Counted from the first letter of the stretch, positions 44,776-54,529 are shown. The stretch: DNA of 64,000 nucleotides from Planctomycetia bacterium (GCA_031404455.1 JANNHP010000212.1:3419-67418); one strand, 5' to 3'. Numbers and translations: made by a program. The notes: generated by a model from the sequence alone, not told the origin.

Positions 44776-46388
44776 CGCAGTGCTCCGTCGGCGATTCGGC
44801 TCGCGTTCGCCATCAGCGTGAAGGTGAGGTTCTTCGCGGGCAGCGACGGGAACGTCGCGCCGTCGGCGATCCAGAGGTTCTCGAAACCGCGGGCGCGGCC
44901 CTGCGCGTCCACGGTGCCGGGTCCGCCGTCGCTCGTCATGGGCATCGTGCCCGTGTAGTGGACGCTCGCACCCATCGGCCGGATGTGCGTCATGCCCTTC
45001 GGCGCGATGCAGCCGAGCTCCCCGAGCACGCCGCGCAGCGTGGCGAGCGTCCGCGCGATGCGGTCGCCCTCGCCCGGCTCGGGTCGGTAGCTCATGGCGA
45101 GACGAGTCGGCCGGTCGCGGCCGCCGACCTCGAGCGTCACGCGGTTCTCCGCGCGCCGCGAGTCGGAGAAGTTCACGTTGACGAGCCCGAGCGCCGCGTG
45201 CAGGTCGCGGAAGGCGCCGAGCCCCGCGGCGAGCGACGTGGGGATGTTCTGGACGATCGGGTGGATGAGCGCGGTCTTCAGCGTCGTCACGAGTCCGTGC
45301 ACGTGCTCGGCGGCTGTCGAGCCGGCGAGCGCGAACGCGAGCTGGTGGTACTGGTAGCTCTTCGGCTCGTACTTCCGTCCCACGAGGCGCTTGTTGAAGA
45401 AGGGCACGAGCACCTGGCGGTTGTCGGAGAGGCCCGCGAGCTCGCGCACCTCGCCCGTCGCGCGGTAGACGGAGTCGAGGACGATCTTCGACGTGCAGAG
45501 CGTTCCCGCGGCGAGCACGAGCGAGCCGACGTCGAACTCGCGCCGAGCGCCGCCCGTGATCGACGTGGCGTGGACCCGGTCGATGCGGCCCGCGACGTCG
45601 AAGCCGAAGTGCTCGACGCGCACGCCGGAGACGTACTCGAACGCGTCGTTCTTCCGCAGTTCCCGCAGCGTGAGCGACGGCGTGTAGAAGGCGTCCGACG
45701 GGCAGCCCCAGAGACAGCGCCCGAGCTTGTCGCACGCCGGGCGGTCGCCGAGCGGACGGCTGAGGACCGCGCTGCGAGATCGTCCGAGGAAGAACCGGTG
45801 GCGCGAGTTGAGCCGCTCGCGGCGCCGCGCGTACGCGCCGAGGAGATCCATCGCGTGGTCGTCGGGTTCGAGCGGCTCCATCAGCCCGCCGTGCACGGGC
45901 ATGTAGGGAGCGAGATCGTCGGCGGCGCCCGTGACGCCGATGCGGCGCGCGACGCGCTCGTAGTGCGGCGCGAGCTCGTCGTAGCCGAACGGGAACGCGG
46001 CGAGGTCCTCGTCGGTGAACGGATAGCAGCCGCCCGTCCACGCCTCGGCGAGTCCGCCGCGCGCGAACGAGAAGAGCGGAGCGAACTGCGACGCCTTGAA
46101 CTCCTCGCCTCCGGCGCCGCGGAAGACGTACTCCTTGCCGGGCGGGAAGCCGTAGTACTCGCCCGCGTTCCCCGGAAGGACCGCGGAGGAGAGATCGTCG
46201 CCGAGGAAATAGGCGACCGGGTCGGCGAGGCGCGCCTTCAGGCCGTTCAGGTCCTCGGCGGGCGCGACGTGATCCGCGCCGGCGTGGCCGACGTCGAGCA
46301 TGAGCACGCGACGCCCGCGCTCGATCGCGGTCTGCGCGAAGTGCACTCCGCTCGGTCCCGATCCGACCACGACGATCCGGTCCTTCAC
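44772..46388 (-). CDS. GMC-family FAD-dependent oxidoreductase
   Basis: GTG 46386-46388 (VKDRIVVVGSGPSG Rossmann) overlaps the upstream stop (GTGA). The C-terminal HYTGTMPM...VDAQGRARGFENLWIADGATFPSLPAKNLTFTLMANASRIA is the GMC_oxred_C signature. Confidence 0.85.
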   Translation of the reverse strand: MKDRIVVVGSGPSGVHFAQTAIERGRRVLMLDVGHAGADHVAPAEDLNGLKARLADPVAYFLGDDLSSAVLPGNAGEYYGFPPGKEYVFRGAGGEEFKASQFAPLFSFARGGLAEAWTGGCYPFTDEDLAAFPFGYDELAPHYERVARRIGVTGAADDLAPYMPVHGGLMEPLEPDDHAMDLLGAYARRRERLNSRHRFFLGRSRSAVLSRPLGDRPACDKLGRCLWGCPSDAFYTPSLTLRELRKNDAFEYVSGVRVEHFGFDVAGRIDRVHATSITGGARREFDVGSLVLAAGTLCTSKIVLDSVYRATGEVRELAGLSDNRQVLVPFFNKRLVGRKYEPKSYQYHQLAFALAGSTAAEHVHGLVTTLKTALIHPIVQNIPTSLAAGLGAFRDLHAALGLVNVNFSDSRRAENRVTLEVGGRDRPTRLAMSYRPEPGEGDRIARTLATLRGVLGELGCIAPKGMTHIRPMGASVHYTGTMPMTSDGGPGTVDAQGRARGFENLWIADGATFPSLPAKNLTFTLMANASRIADGALR

Positions 46389-47737
46389 GGGGCCCGCCGC
46401 GCGAGACCGAGGACTGCGTGGAGCGGGAAAAGGACGATCGCGCCCGCGACGAACGCGAGCCCTTCGATCGCTCCGCTCGCGACGAGTCGCGCCCAGGCGC
46501 CGGCGCGGGAGGAGGACCGCGGCTCCTCGACGAGCGTGTACGTCTCGGACGAGCACTCGATCAGTGCGAGGACGAGCACCAGCTTGCGGCGCAGGAGCGA
46601 CGCCCGGCGCAGTCGCGCGCAGTACGCGTCGGCGATCCGCGTGGCGATGGGATGGATCCGGGCGATGGCGACGAGCACCCGGTCGATCGGCGGCGCGCTC
46701 GCGAACTCCGCGTTCCCGTGCGCGGCGTGCCAGCGTTCGTAGTGCGCGAGAGCCGAGGCGCCCGGGTCGCGGCCCACGAGGTAGCGGCCGAACACGCTGA
46801 ACTCGCGGCGGATCGTGCCGTCCGACTCAGCCTCTCGCTTCGCCCCCGCGAGGGCGGCATCGAGTCCGACGAGCGGACGCTTGCGCGACGCGGCGAAGTC
46901 GCTCGGCTCGGCGACGCCGTCCTCGGCGAACGTCGCGAGCTGTCCCGCCGTCAGGGGCATCACGGGGAGCAGCAGCGGTTCGACGAGCGCCAGCGCCGCG
47001 CGCACGGGACCGAGCGGAACGTGCATCACGCGCGCCCGGCCCTTCCCCGCGGCCGAGCGGATCCGTCGGAGCAGTTCCTCGATCGTCACGACCTCGGGTC
47101 CGCCGAGGTCGATCGTCTCGCCGCGGAAGCGGTCCGTCGCGACGATCTCCGCGAGGTCAAGGACGACGTCGTCCACCGAGATCGGCTGGACGCGGGCCGT
47201 CCCCGGTCCGAACACCGGCAAGAGCGGGAGCCCCGCCAGCTTGCCGAGTCCTGCGACGACCGGCGAGTCCGGGCCGACGACGATCGTCGGGCGCACGATC
47301 GTGAACGGCACGCCTGACGCGCGGACGATCTCCTCCGCGCGGACCTTCGACCGGGCGTACGGGTAGTGCCGCTGATCCCTGAACTTCACCGCGATCGTGC
47401 TGACGTGCAGGAAGCCGCCGACGCCCGCGCGGCGCGCGGCGTCGAGGAGTGTCCTCGTGCCTTCCGCGTTCGTGCGCTCGTGGACTGCGGGCCGCGCCTT
47501 GCCCGTCGTCGCCGCGAGGTGGACGACGCGCGAGCAACCGCCGAGCGCCTTCTCGTACGACGCCGGCTCGAGGAGGTCCCCCGCCACGAACTCGACGCCG
47601 GGCAGCGACCGCAGATCGGCCGGGAGCGACGCGGGATCGCGCACGAGCGCGACGACGCGCGAACCGCGGGCGCCGAGCGCGCGGACGAGCCGGCGGCCGA
47701 CGTACCCTGCGGCGCCGGTGACGAAGATCAGCGCCAT
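46385..47737 (-). CDS. NAD(P)-dependent epimerase/dehydratase-type SDR fused to a ~150-aa C-terminal domain with a terminal hydrophobic segment
   Basis: Contains MALIFVTGAAGYVG and the catalytic YARSK. The extended C-terminus (RREFSVFGRYLVG....LIECSSETY...AIEGLAFVAGAIVLFPL) is of a type I do not recognise. Confidence 0.85.
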   Translation of the reverse strand: MALIFVTGAAGYVGRRLVRALGARGSRVVALVRDPASLPADLRSLPGVEFVAGDLLEPASYEKALGGCSRVVHLAATTGKARPAVHERTNAEGTRTLLDAARRAGVGGFLHVSTIAVKFRDQRHYPYARSKVRAEEIVRASGVPFTIVRPTIVVGPDSPVVAGLGKLAGLPLLPVFGPGTARVQPISVDDVVLDLAEIVATDRFRGETIDLGGPEVVTIEELLRRIRSAAGKGRARVMHVPLGPVRAALALVEPLLLPVMPLTAGQLATFAEDGVAEPSDFAASRKRPLVGLDAALAGAKREAESDGTIRREFSVFGRYLVGRDPGASALAHYERWHAAHGNAEFASAPPIDRVLVAIARIHPIATRIADAYCARLRRASLLRRKLVLVLALIECSSETYTLVEEPRSSSRAGAWARLVASGAIEGLAFVAGAIVLFPLHAVLGLARRAP

Positions 47738-47993
47738 TCACGCTCCCTGCCGTTCGAGCCCGCGAGGCTAGAGCGAAGCTCGGGCCGGGCACGGATCGGC
47801 GAGCGGCGCGGCGGAAGGGCTCGCGCGCGCCCGGGGCCGGGCACGGGCAGGGCATCGGGATGTCCATCGGAATCGACACGCGGGCCGCGGCGCCCTTGGC
47901 GGACGGCGGTGCGCGACGCACGGGAAGGACGGGAGGAACTCATGGGACGCACGCGATCGTGCGGAGTCTACTGAAGCGGTCGCCGGTGCGCCG

Positions 47994-49382
47994 ATGCCGA
48001 GTGGGCTCGTCGCCGAGCCGGGCGGCACGGGACCGGGAGCGAGCCACCTGCCGAAGACGACCTCCGCGCCGGGCCGCCTGCTCGGCGGCAAGCTCCTCGT
48101 CCTCGCGGGCGGCGAGGCGGCGTCGCGCCTCTGCGGCTTCGTGGCGATGTCGTATCTCTTCCGGACGCTGCCGCGCGAGCGCTACGGCATCGTCGAGACG
48201 ACAGTCGCCGTGATGATGTTCGGGCTCATCTGCGTGGAGATGGGCCTCGGCACGCTCGGCACCCGCGAGGTCGCGCGCGATCCCGCCGCGGCGCCGTCGC
48301 TCGTCAAGAGGGTCGCGACGACGCAGCTCGTCTCGGCGATCTCGGTGCTCGCGCTGATCTCCATCGCGGCGTTCGCGCTCCCGATCGACCCGCTCCTCTC
48401 GCGGCTCCTCGTCGGGTTCGGCATCGGCCTGCTCGCGATCCCGTTCGCGCTGCACTGGCTCTTCCAGGGACGCGAGCAGATGCTCGCCGTCACGCTGCCG
48501 AAGGGCCTGCGCTACGCCGTGTTCCTCGCGCTGACGCTCGTCCTCGTGCGCGGTCCGGACGACCTCGCGCTCCTGCCGATCGCGGAGGTCGCAGGCGCGG
48601 CGGCCGCGAGTGTCGCGTGGGTGGCCGTCTACCGTCGCGGCGGCGGCGAACTCAGGATCGGCGGGAAGGGCGCCCTCGATCCGAACCTCCTCAGGGACGC
48701 CCTCCCCATCGGCGGCGCCACGCTCATCTGGGCGCTGCGTTCGTACCTGCCGGTCGTCTGCGTGGCGGCGATCGCGGGCAACGCGGCCGCCGGAGACTTC
48801 GGCGCGGCGCTCCGGATCGTGCTGGTGATGATCGGCGTCCTCGACGTGTACTTCATCAACCTCTACCCGAAACTCTGCGTCGCCGCCGTCGCGGCGCCCG
48901 GCGACCTGCGACGTCTCGTCGCGCGCTCGATGCACGTGGCGGTGTGGCCGACGCTGGCCGGCGCCGTCGCCGCGCAGTGGCTCGCTCCGTGGGTGATGCG
49001 GATCGTCTACGGCAGCGAGAGCGGCGAGGCCGCCTCGCAGTTCGCGCTCCTCGCCTGGCTCGTCCCGATCACGGCGATCCGCGCGCACACGAGGTTCGCG
49101 TTCTTCGCCGTGAACCGGCAGCGCACCGAGCTCCTCTGGTCGGTGGTCGGCGTCGTCGCGCTCCTCGCGGCCATCTTCCCCATGACGACGTCGCACGGCG
49201 CCGCGGGCGCGACCTGGGCGATGCTCGCGTCGGAGGTGCTGGCGACGATCCTCGGCTGGACCGTCCTCCTGCCGCACCTGCGCCGCGACGCGGACGTCCC
49301 GTTCAGCGCGGCGGGCGGCGATCCGATGACTCGGGTGGACCCGGCCCGGCGGGACCGAGGAGGAGCGAACGTTGGCGAGTGA
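47994..49382 (+). CDS. Wzx-like oligosaccharide flippase (MOP/polysaccharide biosynthesis protein family)
   Basis: About 12 TM helices. The N-terminal GGEAASRLCGFVAMSYLFRTLPRERYGIVE is typical of PST-family flippases. The exact start is uncertain. Confidence 0.8.
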   Translation: MPSGLVAEPGGTGPGASHLPKTTSAPGRLLGGKLLVLAGGEAASRLCGFVAMSYLFRTLPRERYGIVETTVAVMMFGLICVEMGLGTLGTREVARDPAAAPSLVKRVATTQLVSAISVLALISIAAFALPIDPLLSRLLVGFGIGLLAIPFALHWLFQGREQMLAVTLPKGLRYAVFLALTLVLVRGPDDLALLPIAEVAGAAAASVAWVAVYRRGGGELRIGGKGALDPNLLRDALPIGGATLIWALRSYLPVVCVAAIAGNAAAGDFGAALRIVLVMIGVLDVYFINLYPKLCVAAVAAPGDLRRLVARSMHVAVWPTLAGAVAAQWLAPWVMRIVYGSESGEAASQFALLAWLVPITAIRAHTRFAFFAVNRQRTELLWSVVGVVALLAAIFPMTTSHGAAGATWAMLASEVLATILGWTVLLPHLRRDADVPFSAAGGDPMTRVDPARRDRGGANVGE

Positions 49383-50892
49383 ACGATCTCCGCGGTGGCG
49401 CATCTTCCTCACGTGCTGGCTCGTGTTCTCGCTCCACTTCGCGACGAACATCGTCCGCGAGCACTACCCGGCGTTCGCGATGATCGACCACGCCACGTTC
49501 CAGCTCGACGAGTACGCCGGTTTCCACTCCGACATCTTCGAGCACCGCGACGGGCACCACTACATCGGCAACCAGGTCACGGGCTCGGTCGTCGCCGCAG
49601 TGCCGCTCCTCGTCTTCAAGCCCGTGCTCGATTCTCTGGAGGAACGCGGGAAGGCGCGCGCCGCGGCGGCGCCGGTCGTGGACGACGAGTACGACACGAA
49701 GTACCCGATGCGGCGCGCGTTCTTCAAGAAGGTGCGCGAACGCGGGCTCGACCTGAAGTTCGGCGCCGCGGCGGCGATCACGTCGGTGTTCCTGATGGCG
49801 CCGCTCTCGGCGCTCCTCGTGCTCCTCCTCTTCGGCGCGCTCGAGCGTCGCGGCGTCCCGCGAGCGCGAGCGACGTGGCTGGCGCTCCTCTTCGCGTTCG
49901 GCACGCCGGTCCTCTACCGCTCGGCGCTCCTCAACCACAACCTCTTCCTCACGCTCACGGCGTTCGGTTCGTTCCTCCTGATGTGGCCGCAGGACGGGGC
50001 CCGTCCCCCCTTCCCGGCGTCGCGCCGGTTCTGGGCCGGGTTCCTCGCGTCGATGTGCCTCGCCCTCGACTACGCGGGCGTCATCCCGATGATGTTCCTC
50101 TTCGGGTACCTGCTCGTCACCCACCGAGGCGCCGGAGGATGGAAGGACGCCCTGCGTGCCGTGCCCGCGTTCATCGCGGGGACGATCCCGCCGGTCGCCT
50201 TCCTGCTCTGGTCGCAGTGGTCGATGTACGGAGACCCCTTCAAGCCGGGCCAGGCGTGGATGCCCGACCAGAACCAGTTCGTGCAGGTCGGTGCGCGGGG
50301 CTTCACCGCACCCGACGCGGACCTCTTCCTCCGGAACCTGGTCGACCTCGACTGGGGGATGTACGCGTTCGGGCCGATCCTCGCGCTCGGACTCGTCCCC
50401 GCGCTGCGGTACGCGAAGGACACCCTCGTGCTGCCGCGCCGGGAGCGGATCTTCACCGCGGCCCTCCTGACGGCGTTCCTCGTCTTCTGCGCCTGCAACC
50501 AGTATTCGCGGCTCCAGTGGAACACCGGGTTCCGCTACCTCCTGCCGCTCGTGCCGTTTGCCTTCCTTGAGGCCTGCGATCACCTGGCGCGCATGCGTCC
50601 GGCGCTCCTCGCGGCGATCTCGGTCCCCGTCGTCCTTCACTCGTGGGTGCTGACGATGGTGCGGCACACCCCGCCTCTGCGCGGCGATCCTCAGGCGGTG
50701 CCCGAGAGCTGGCGCCGGTTCCTGACCGAGGGCGTGCAGTTCCCGTGGCTGAACGTGCTGAGGAGCACGCCCTCGATCGACGTCCCCCTGCTCCGGACCT
50801 GGTACCTCCCGTACCTCCTGATCGCCGCCCTCGCGGGCCTCCTCTGGCTCGTCTGGCGGCGCCCGCGAGCGGACGGCGCAGGCTCGACCTGA
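49372..50892 (+). CDS. Polytopic membrane protein, possible GT-C-fold glycosyltransferase (unknown family)
   Basis: The TTG start at 49372 has GAGGAGGAG 6 nt upstream and an 11-nt overlap with the flippase gene. About 11 TM helices with a periplasmic loop (DSLEERGKARAAAAPVVDDEYDTKYPMRR). Confidence 0.7.
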   Translation: MASERSPRWRIFLTCWLVFSLHFATNIVREHYPAFAMIDHATFQLDEYAGFHSDIFEHRDGHHYIGNQVTGSVVAAVPLLVFKPVLDSLEERGKARAAAAPVVDDEYDTKYPMRRAFFKKVRERGLDLKFGAAAAITSVFLMAPLSALLVLLLFGALERRGVPRARATWLALLFAFGTPVLYRSALLNHNLFLTLTAFGSFLLMWPQDGARPPFPASRRFWAGFLASMCLALDYAGVIPMMFLFGYLLVTHRGAGGWKDALRAVPAFIAGTIPPVAFLLWSQWSMYGDPFKPGQAWMPDQNQFVQVGARGFTAPDADLFLRNLVDLDWGMYAFGPILALGLVPALRYAKDTLVLPRRERIFTAALLTAFLVFCACNQYSRLQWNTGFRYLLPLVPFAFLEACDHLARMRPALLAAISVPVVLHSWVLTMVRHTPPLRGDPQAVPESWRRFLTEGVQFPWLNVLRSTPSIDVPLLRTWYLPYLLIAALAGLLWLVWRRPRADGAGST

Positions 50893-50976
50893 GCGGAGCC
50901 GCGTTCAGAGATTCGCCTGGAGTTCCGATGGATCTGATGGCGGCCGCGTTCGCCCGAGGAGGATCAGACAACCCCG

Positions 50977-51897
50977 ATGGCGACGACCGACCCTGACGTC
51001 CACCAGCCTCCGCACGAGCTCGACGTGACCGTCGTCATCCCGGCGCACAACGAAGAACTCGCGGTCGCCGACGAGGTCCGCGCCGTCCACGCGGCTCTGC
51101 GCCCGACGAAGTACCGCTACGAGATCATCGTGGTGGACGACGGCTCGACCGACCGTACCGCCGAGCTCGCCGCGGGCTGCGAGTGCAGGCTCATCCGACT
51201 CCCCCGCAACATGGGCTACGGCGCCGCCCTGAAGCACGGCATCGCGCGGGCGCACACCGACCTCATCGTCATCACCGACGCCGATTCGACCTATCCGGCG
51301 GAGATGATCCCGAAGCTGATCGCCGCCGCGGCGGACCACGACATGGTCGTCGGTGCCCGCACCGGCGCGAACGTGCGCCACTCGAAGATGCGCGCTCCCG
51401 CGAAGTGGTTCCTCAGGAAGCTCGGTTCCTTCCTCTCCGGGACGGAGATCCCCGACCTGAACTCGGGCCTGCGCGTGCTGCGCCGGCACCACGTGAAGGC
51501 GTACGCGCGCATCCTGCCGTCGGGCTTCTCGTTCACCACCACGATCACGCTCGCTCTGCTCTGCACCGAGCGCAGCGTGCTCTTCGTGCCGGTCGACTAC
51601 CACGTGCGCCGGGGCACGTCGAAGATCCGCCCGAAGCACGCGTACCTCTTCCTCATCCTGATCCTGCGCGTGATCGTGCTCTTCAACCCGCTGAAGGTTT
51701 TCCTGCCGCTCGGGGCGTTCTGCTTCCTCACCGGCCTCGCGAAGTTCATCTACGACATCACCCTCGAGAACCTGAGCGAGACGGCCATCATGGGCTTCAT
51801 CGCGGCGCTCATCATCTGGGCGGTCGGCCTCCTCGCGGACCAGAACTCGAGGTTCAACCTCGACCGATGGGACCTCGACGAGCCGGTGCGGGAGTGA
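50977..51897 (+). CDS. Family-2 glycosyltransferase, polyprenyl-phosphate sugar synthase type (ArnC/GtrB/DPM1-like with two C-terminal TM helices)
   Basis: Contains VVIPAHNEE, VVDDGSTDRT, ITDADSTYP and NSGLRV motifs. The C-terminal TM pair is LILILRVIVLF... / IAALIIWAVGLLA. Confidence 0.85.
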   Translation: MATTDPDVHQPPHELDVTVVIPAHNEELAVADEVRAVHAALRPTKYRYEIIVVDDGSTDRTAELAAGCECRLIRLPRNMGYGAALKHGIARAHTDLIVITDADSTYPAEMIPKLIAAAADHDMVVGARTGANVRHSKMRAPAKWFLRKLGSFLSGTEIPDLNSGLRVLRRHHVKAYARILPSGFSFTTTITLALLCTERSVLFVPVDYHVRRGTSKIRPKHAYLFLILILRVIVLFNPLKVFLPLGAFCFLTGLAKFIYDITLENLSETAIMGFIAALIIWAVGLLADQNSRFNLDRWDLDEPVRE

Positions 51898-52862
51898 GCG
51901 CTCTCCCCAAGGGACGCTGGGGGCGCGTGCTGCTCCGTCTCGCGCTCAGCGCCGCGATCCTCTTCGTCGTCTCGCGGTTCATCGACCTCGACCGCGCGAT
52001 GGAGGGGTTCCGGCGCCTGAGGCCGGGCACGTGGGTCGCGGCGCTCGGCGCCTTCGCGGTCCTGCACTTCGCGAGTGCCCTGAAGTGGCGGTGGTTCGTC
52101 GGGGTCGCGGGCGCCCGGATCTCGCCCGGCGTGTCCGTGCGCTGCCACGCGGCCGGCCTCTTCGCGAGCCTCTGCCTGCCGTCGATGATCGGAGGCGACG
52201 TGCTGCGCGCCGGTCTCGCGATGCAGGCGACCCCCGCGCGGACGCCGGTCGTCGTCGCGTCCGTCATCGACCGGGTCTCCGACATGACGGCGCTCCTCGC
52301 GCTGGCGCTCGCGGCGCTGCCGCTCGTCAGCGTGGGCGCGGAGACGCCTCTGCAGTCGCTGCCGCTCGCGGGCGGGATCGTGGCCGCCGCGGGAGCCGCC
52401 GGGATCCTCGGCCTGCGCTGGGCGGTCGCGAGCCGCTTCGTGAGGAAGCTCCCGCGGAAGCTCGCGCGCTTCGTGCTCGAGGTCGCGGGTGCCCTCCGCA
52501 CGATGGCCCGCCGCCCAGTGGCGTCGGTCGGCGGATGGCTCGCGAGCGTCGCAATCCAGTCGGGCTTCCTCCTCGTGAACGTCTGGCTCGGCGGGGAGAT
52601 GGGTCTCGACATGACCGTCGCCCAGTGGTTCCTGCTCTGGCCGCTCGCGAAGATCGCCGCCATGCTCCCGCTCAGCTTCGGCGGACTCGGCGTGCGCGAA
52701 GCGGCGTTCGCGGCACTCGTCGGTCCGTTCGGCTACGACAAGTCGCTCGCGGCCGCGGCGTCGCTCGTGTGGCAGAGCGTGCTGATCGTCGGCGGACTCA
52801 TCGCCGGGGCGTACTGGATGGCGTCGTCGCGCCGCGGCGAGACCCGCCCGGCGAACGCATGA
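51894..52862 (+). CDS. UPF0104 / lysyl-PG-synthase-TM-like 'flippase-like domain' membrane protein
   Basis: GTG 51894 overlaps the upstream stop (GTGA). About 8 TM helices. The GGDVLRAGL and LPLSFGGLGVREAAF motifs are typical of UPF0104. Confidence 0.8.
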   Translation: MSALPKGRWGRVLLRLALSAAILFVVSRFIDLDRAMEGFRRLRPGTWVAALGAFAVLHFASALKWRWFVGVAGARISPGVSVRCHAAGLFASLCLPSMIGGDVLRAGLAMQATPARTPVVVASVIDRVSDMTALLALALAALPLVSVGAETPLQSLPLAGGIVAAAGAAGILGLRWAVASRFVRKLPRKLARFVLEVAGALRTMARRPVASVGGWLASVAIQSGFLLVNVWLGGEMGLDMTVAQWFLLWPLAKIAAMLPLSFGGLGVREAAFAALVGPFGYDKSLAAAASLVWQSVLIVGGLIAGAYWMASSRRGETRPANA

Positions 52863-54523
52863 GCGGCGGCGCGGCGCGGCCCGGCCGCGGACTCCTCGTT
52901 GCGGCGGCGGCGCTGGCGGTCGTCGCGTTGGCGACGCCCCAGTCCTGGCTGACCGGAGATCTCGCCCCGGACGACGGACGACGACTCGATCTCGGCGCGT
53001 GGATCCTGCGTGCGGCGCTCCTGGCCCTCGCCGGGTTCCTCGCGATGGCGACGCGGTTCGAACGCCCGTCGCCGCGCGCGGAACCCGCGGGCGCTCCGGC
53101 CGCCGGCGCGATGCGCGTCCTCGTAGCGATCCTGGTCGTCGCGGCGGCGCTGCGGGTCTTCCGTCTCGGCGCGCCGATGTGGTTCGACGAGATCTGGATG
53201 CTCATCGACTCCGTGCGTCCCCCGCTCGCGACGACGCTGCGCACGTTCGCGTCCGACAACAACCACCCGCTCTACTCCGTGCTCGCGACGATCTCGTGCC
53301 GTGCGTTCGGCGAGAGCGAGTGGGCGCTCAGACTCCCTGCGGCCGCGTTCGGCGTGGCGAGCGTCGCCGCGACGTACGTGTTCGCGCGCGACCGGTTCGG
53401 CGCGCGGACGGCGCTCCTCGCCGCGGCGCTCGTCGCGCTCTCCTTCCACCACGTCGGCTTCTCGCAGAACGCGCGCGGCTACACGGGACTCCTCCTCTTC
53501 ACGCTCCTCTCCTCGCACTACCTCCTCAGGTCGCTCGAGACGGGCGCGCGCCGGAACTGGGTCCTCTGCGGCATCTGCCTGGCACTCTGCGTGACGGTCC
53601 ATCTCACCGGCGTGTTCACGGCGTTCGGCCTCGTCGCGGTGATCGCGTGGGCGGCGTGGAAGCGCCCCGCGTGGCTCGCGCCGGGCGGCGTGCGCGCGGC
53701 GATGCTCGGCGTCGTCCTCGCGACGCTCGCGGCGCTCGCGGCGTACGCGCTCCTCCTCCCCCAGGTCGTCGCCTTCTTCACGCAGACGAAGGCGCCGGTC
53801 CCGGGCAAGGCCGAGTGGACGGACCCGGCGTGGTTCGTCACGGAGACGGCGCGCAGCTTCGGACTCGGCGTCGAACTCGGAATCGCGGTGCTCGTCCTCG
53901 GCGGCGCGCTGGCGCTCCTCGGACTCGCCGCCGCGGGACGGCGGTCGCCGCCGCTGCTGCTGCTGCTCATCGTTCCGGCGCTCGTCATCGCGGCCGCGAT
54001 GCTCGGCATGGGGCGCAACCTCTGGCCGCGGCTCTTCTTCTTCCTCGAGGGCTTCGTCCTCGTCGTCGCCGCGGAGGGTGCCCTCGCGATCGCGGGCGGC
54101 GTCGCCACGCGCCTCTCGCGCCAGGCGAAGGGGCTCGAGACCGCGGTGATCGTGCTGCTCCTCGCGGGCAGCGCGGCGACGCTGCCGCGCGCGTACGCCC
54201 TCCCGAAGCAGGACTTCGGCGCGGCGCGCGACTACGTCAGCTCGGTCAGGCAGCCGGGAGACGTCGTGATGACGGCCGGGATGGCGAGCTACGTCTACGG
54301 CGAGTACTACCGCGACGGTTTCATCGACCTGAAGGCACCGGCGGACCTCGCCGCGGCGGTGCCGCCCGGACACGCGGGGTACGTGATCTACACGTTCCAG
54401 GTGTACGTCGAGTCGCGCCTGCCGGAACTCTGGGAGGCACTGCGAACGAACGGCCGCGAGGTAGCCCGCTTCCGCGCTGCGATCGGCGGCGGCGACGTGG
54501 TCGTGCTGAAGATCGGACCGTAG
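52859..54523 (+). CDS. GT-C-fold glycosyltransferase (ArnT/PMT, GT39/GT83-like)
   Basis: ATG 52859 overlaps the upstream stop (ATGA). The first periplasmic loop FDEIWM has the Asp/Glu motif expected in GT-C enzymes. Contains HPPLYS-like NHPLYSVL, about 11 TM helices and a C-terminal soluble domain. Confidence 0.85.
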   Translation: MSGGAARPGRGLLVAAAALAVVALATPQSWLTGDLAPDDGRRLDLGAWILRAALLALAGFLAMATRFERPSPRAEPAGAPAAGAMRVLVAILVVAAALRVFRLGAPMWFDEIWMLIDSVRPPLATTLRTFASDNNHPLYSVLATISCRAFGESEWALRLPAAAFGVASVAATYVFARDRFGARTALLAAALVALSFHHVGFSQNARGYTGLLLFTLLSSHYLLRSLETGARRNWVLCGICLALCVTVHLTGVFTAFGLVAVIAWAAWKRPAWLAPGGVRAAMLGVVLATLAALAAYALLLPQVVAFFTQTKAPVPGKAEWTDPAWFVTETARSFGLGVELGIAVLVLGGALALLGLAAAGRRSPPLLLLLIVPALVIAAAMLGMGRNLWPRLFFFLEGFVLVVAAEGALAIAGGVATRLSRQAKGLETAVIVLLLAGSAATLPRAYALPKQDFGAARDYVSSVRQPGDVVMTAGMASYVYGEYYRDGFIDLKAPADLAAAVPPGHAGYVIYTFQVYVESRLPELWEALRTNGREVARFRAAIGGGDVVVLKIGP

Positions 54524-54529
54524 CGATCG

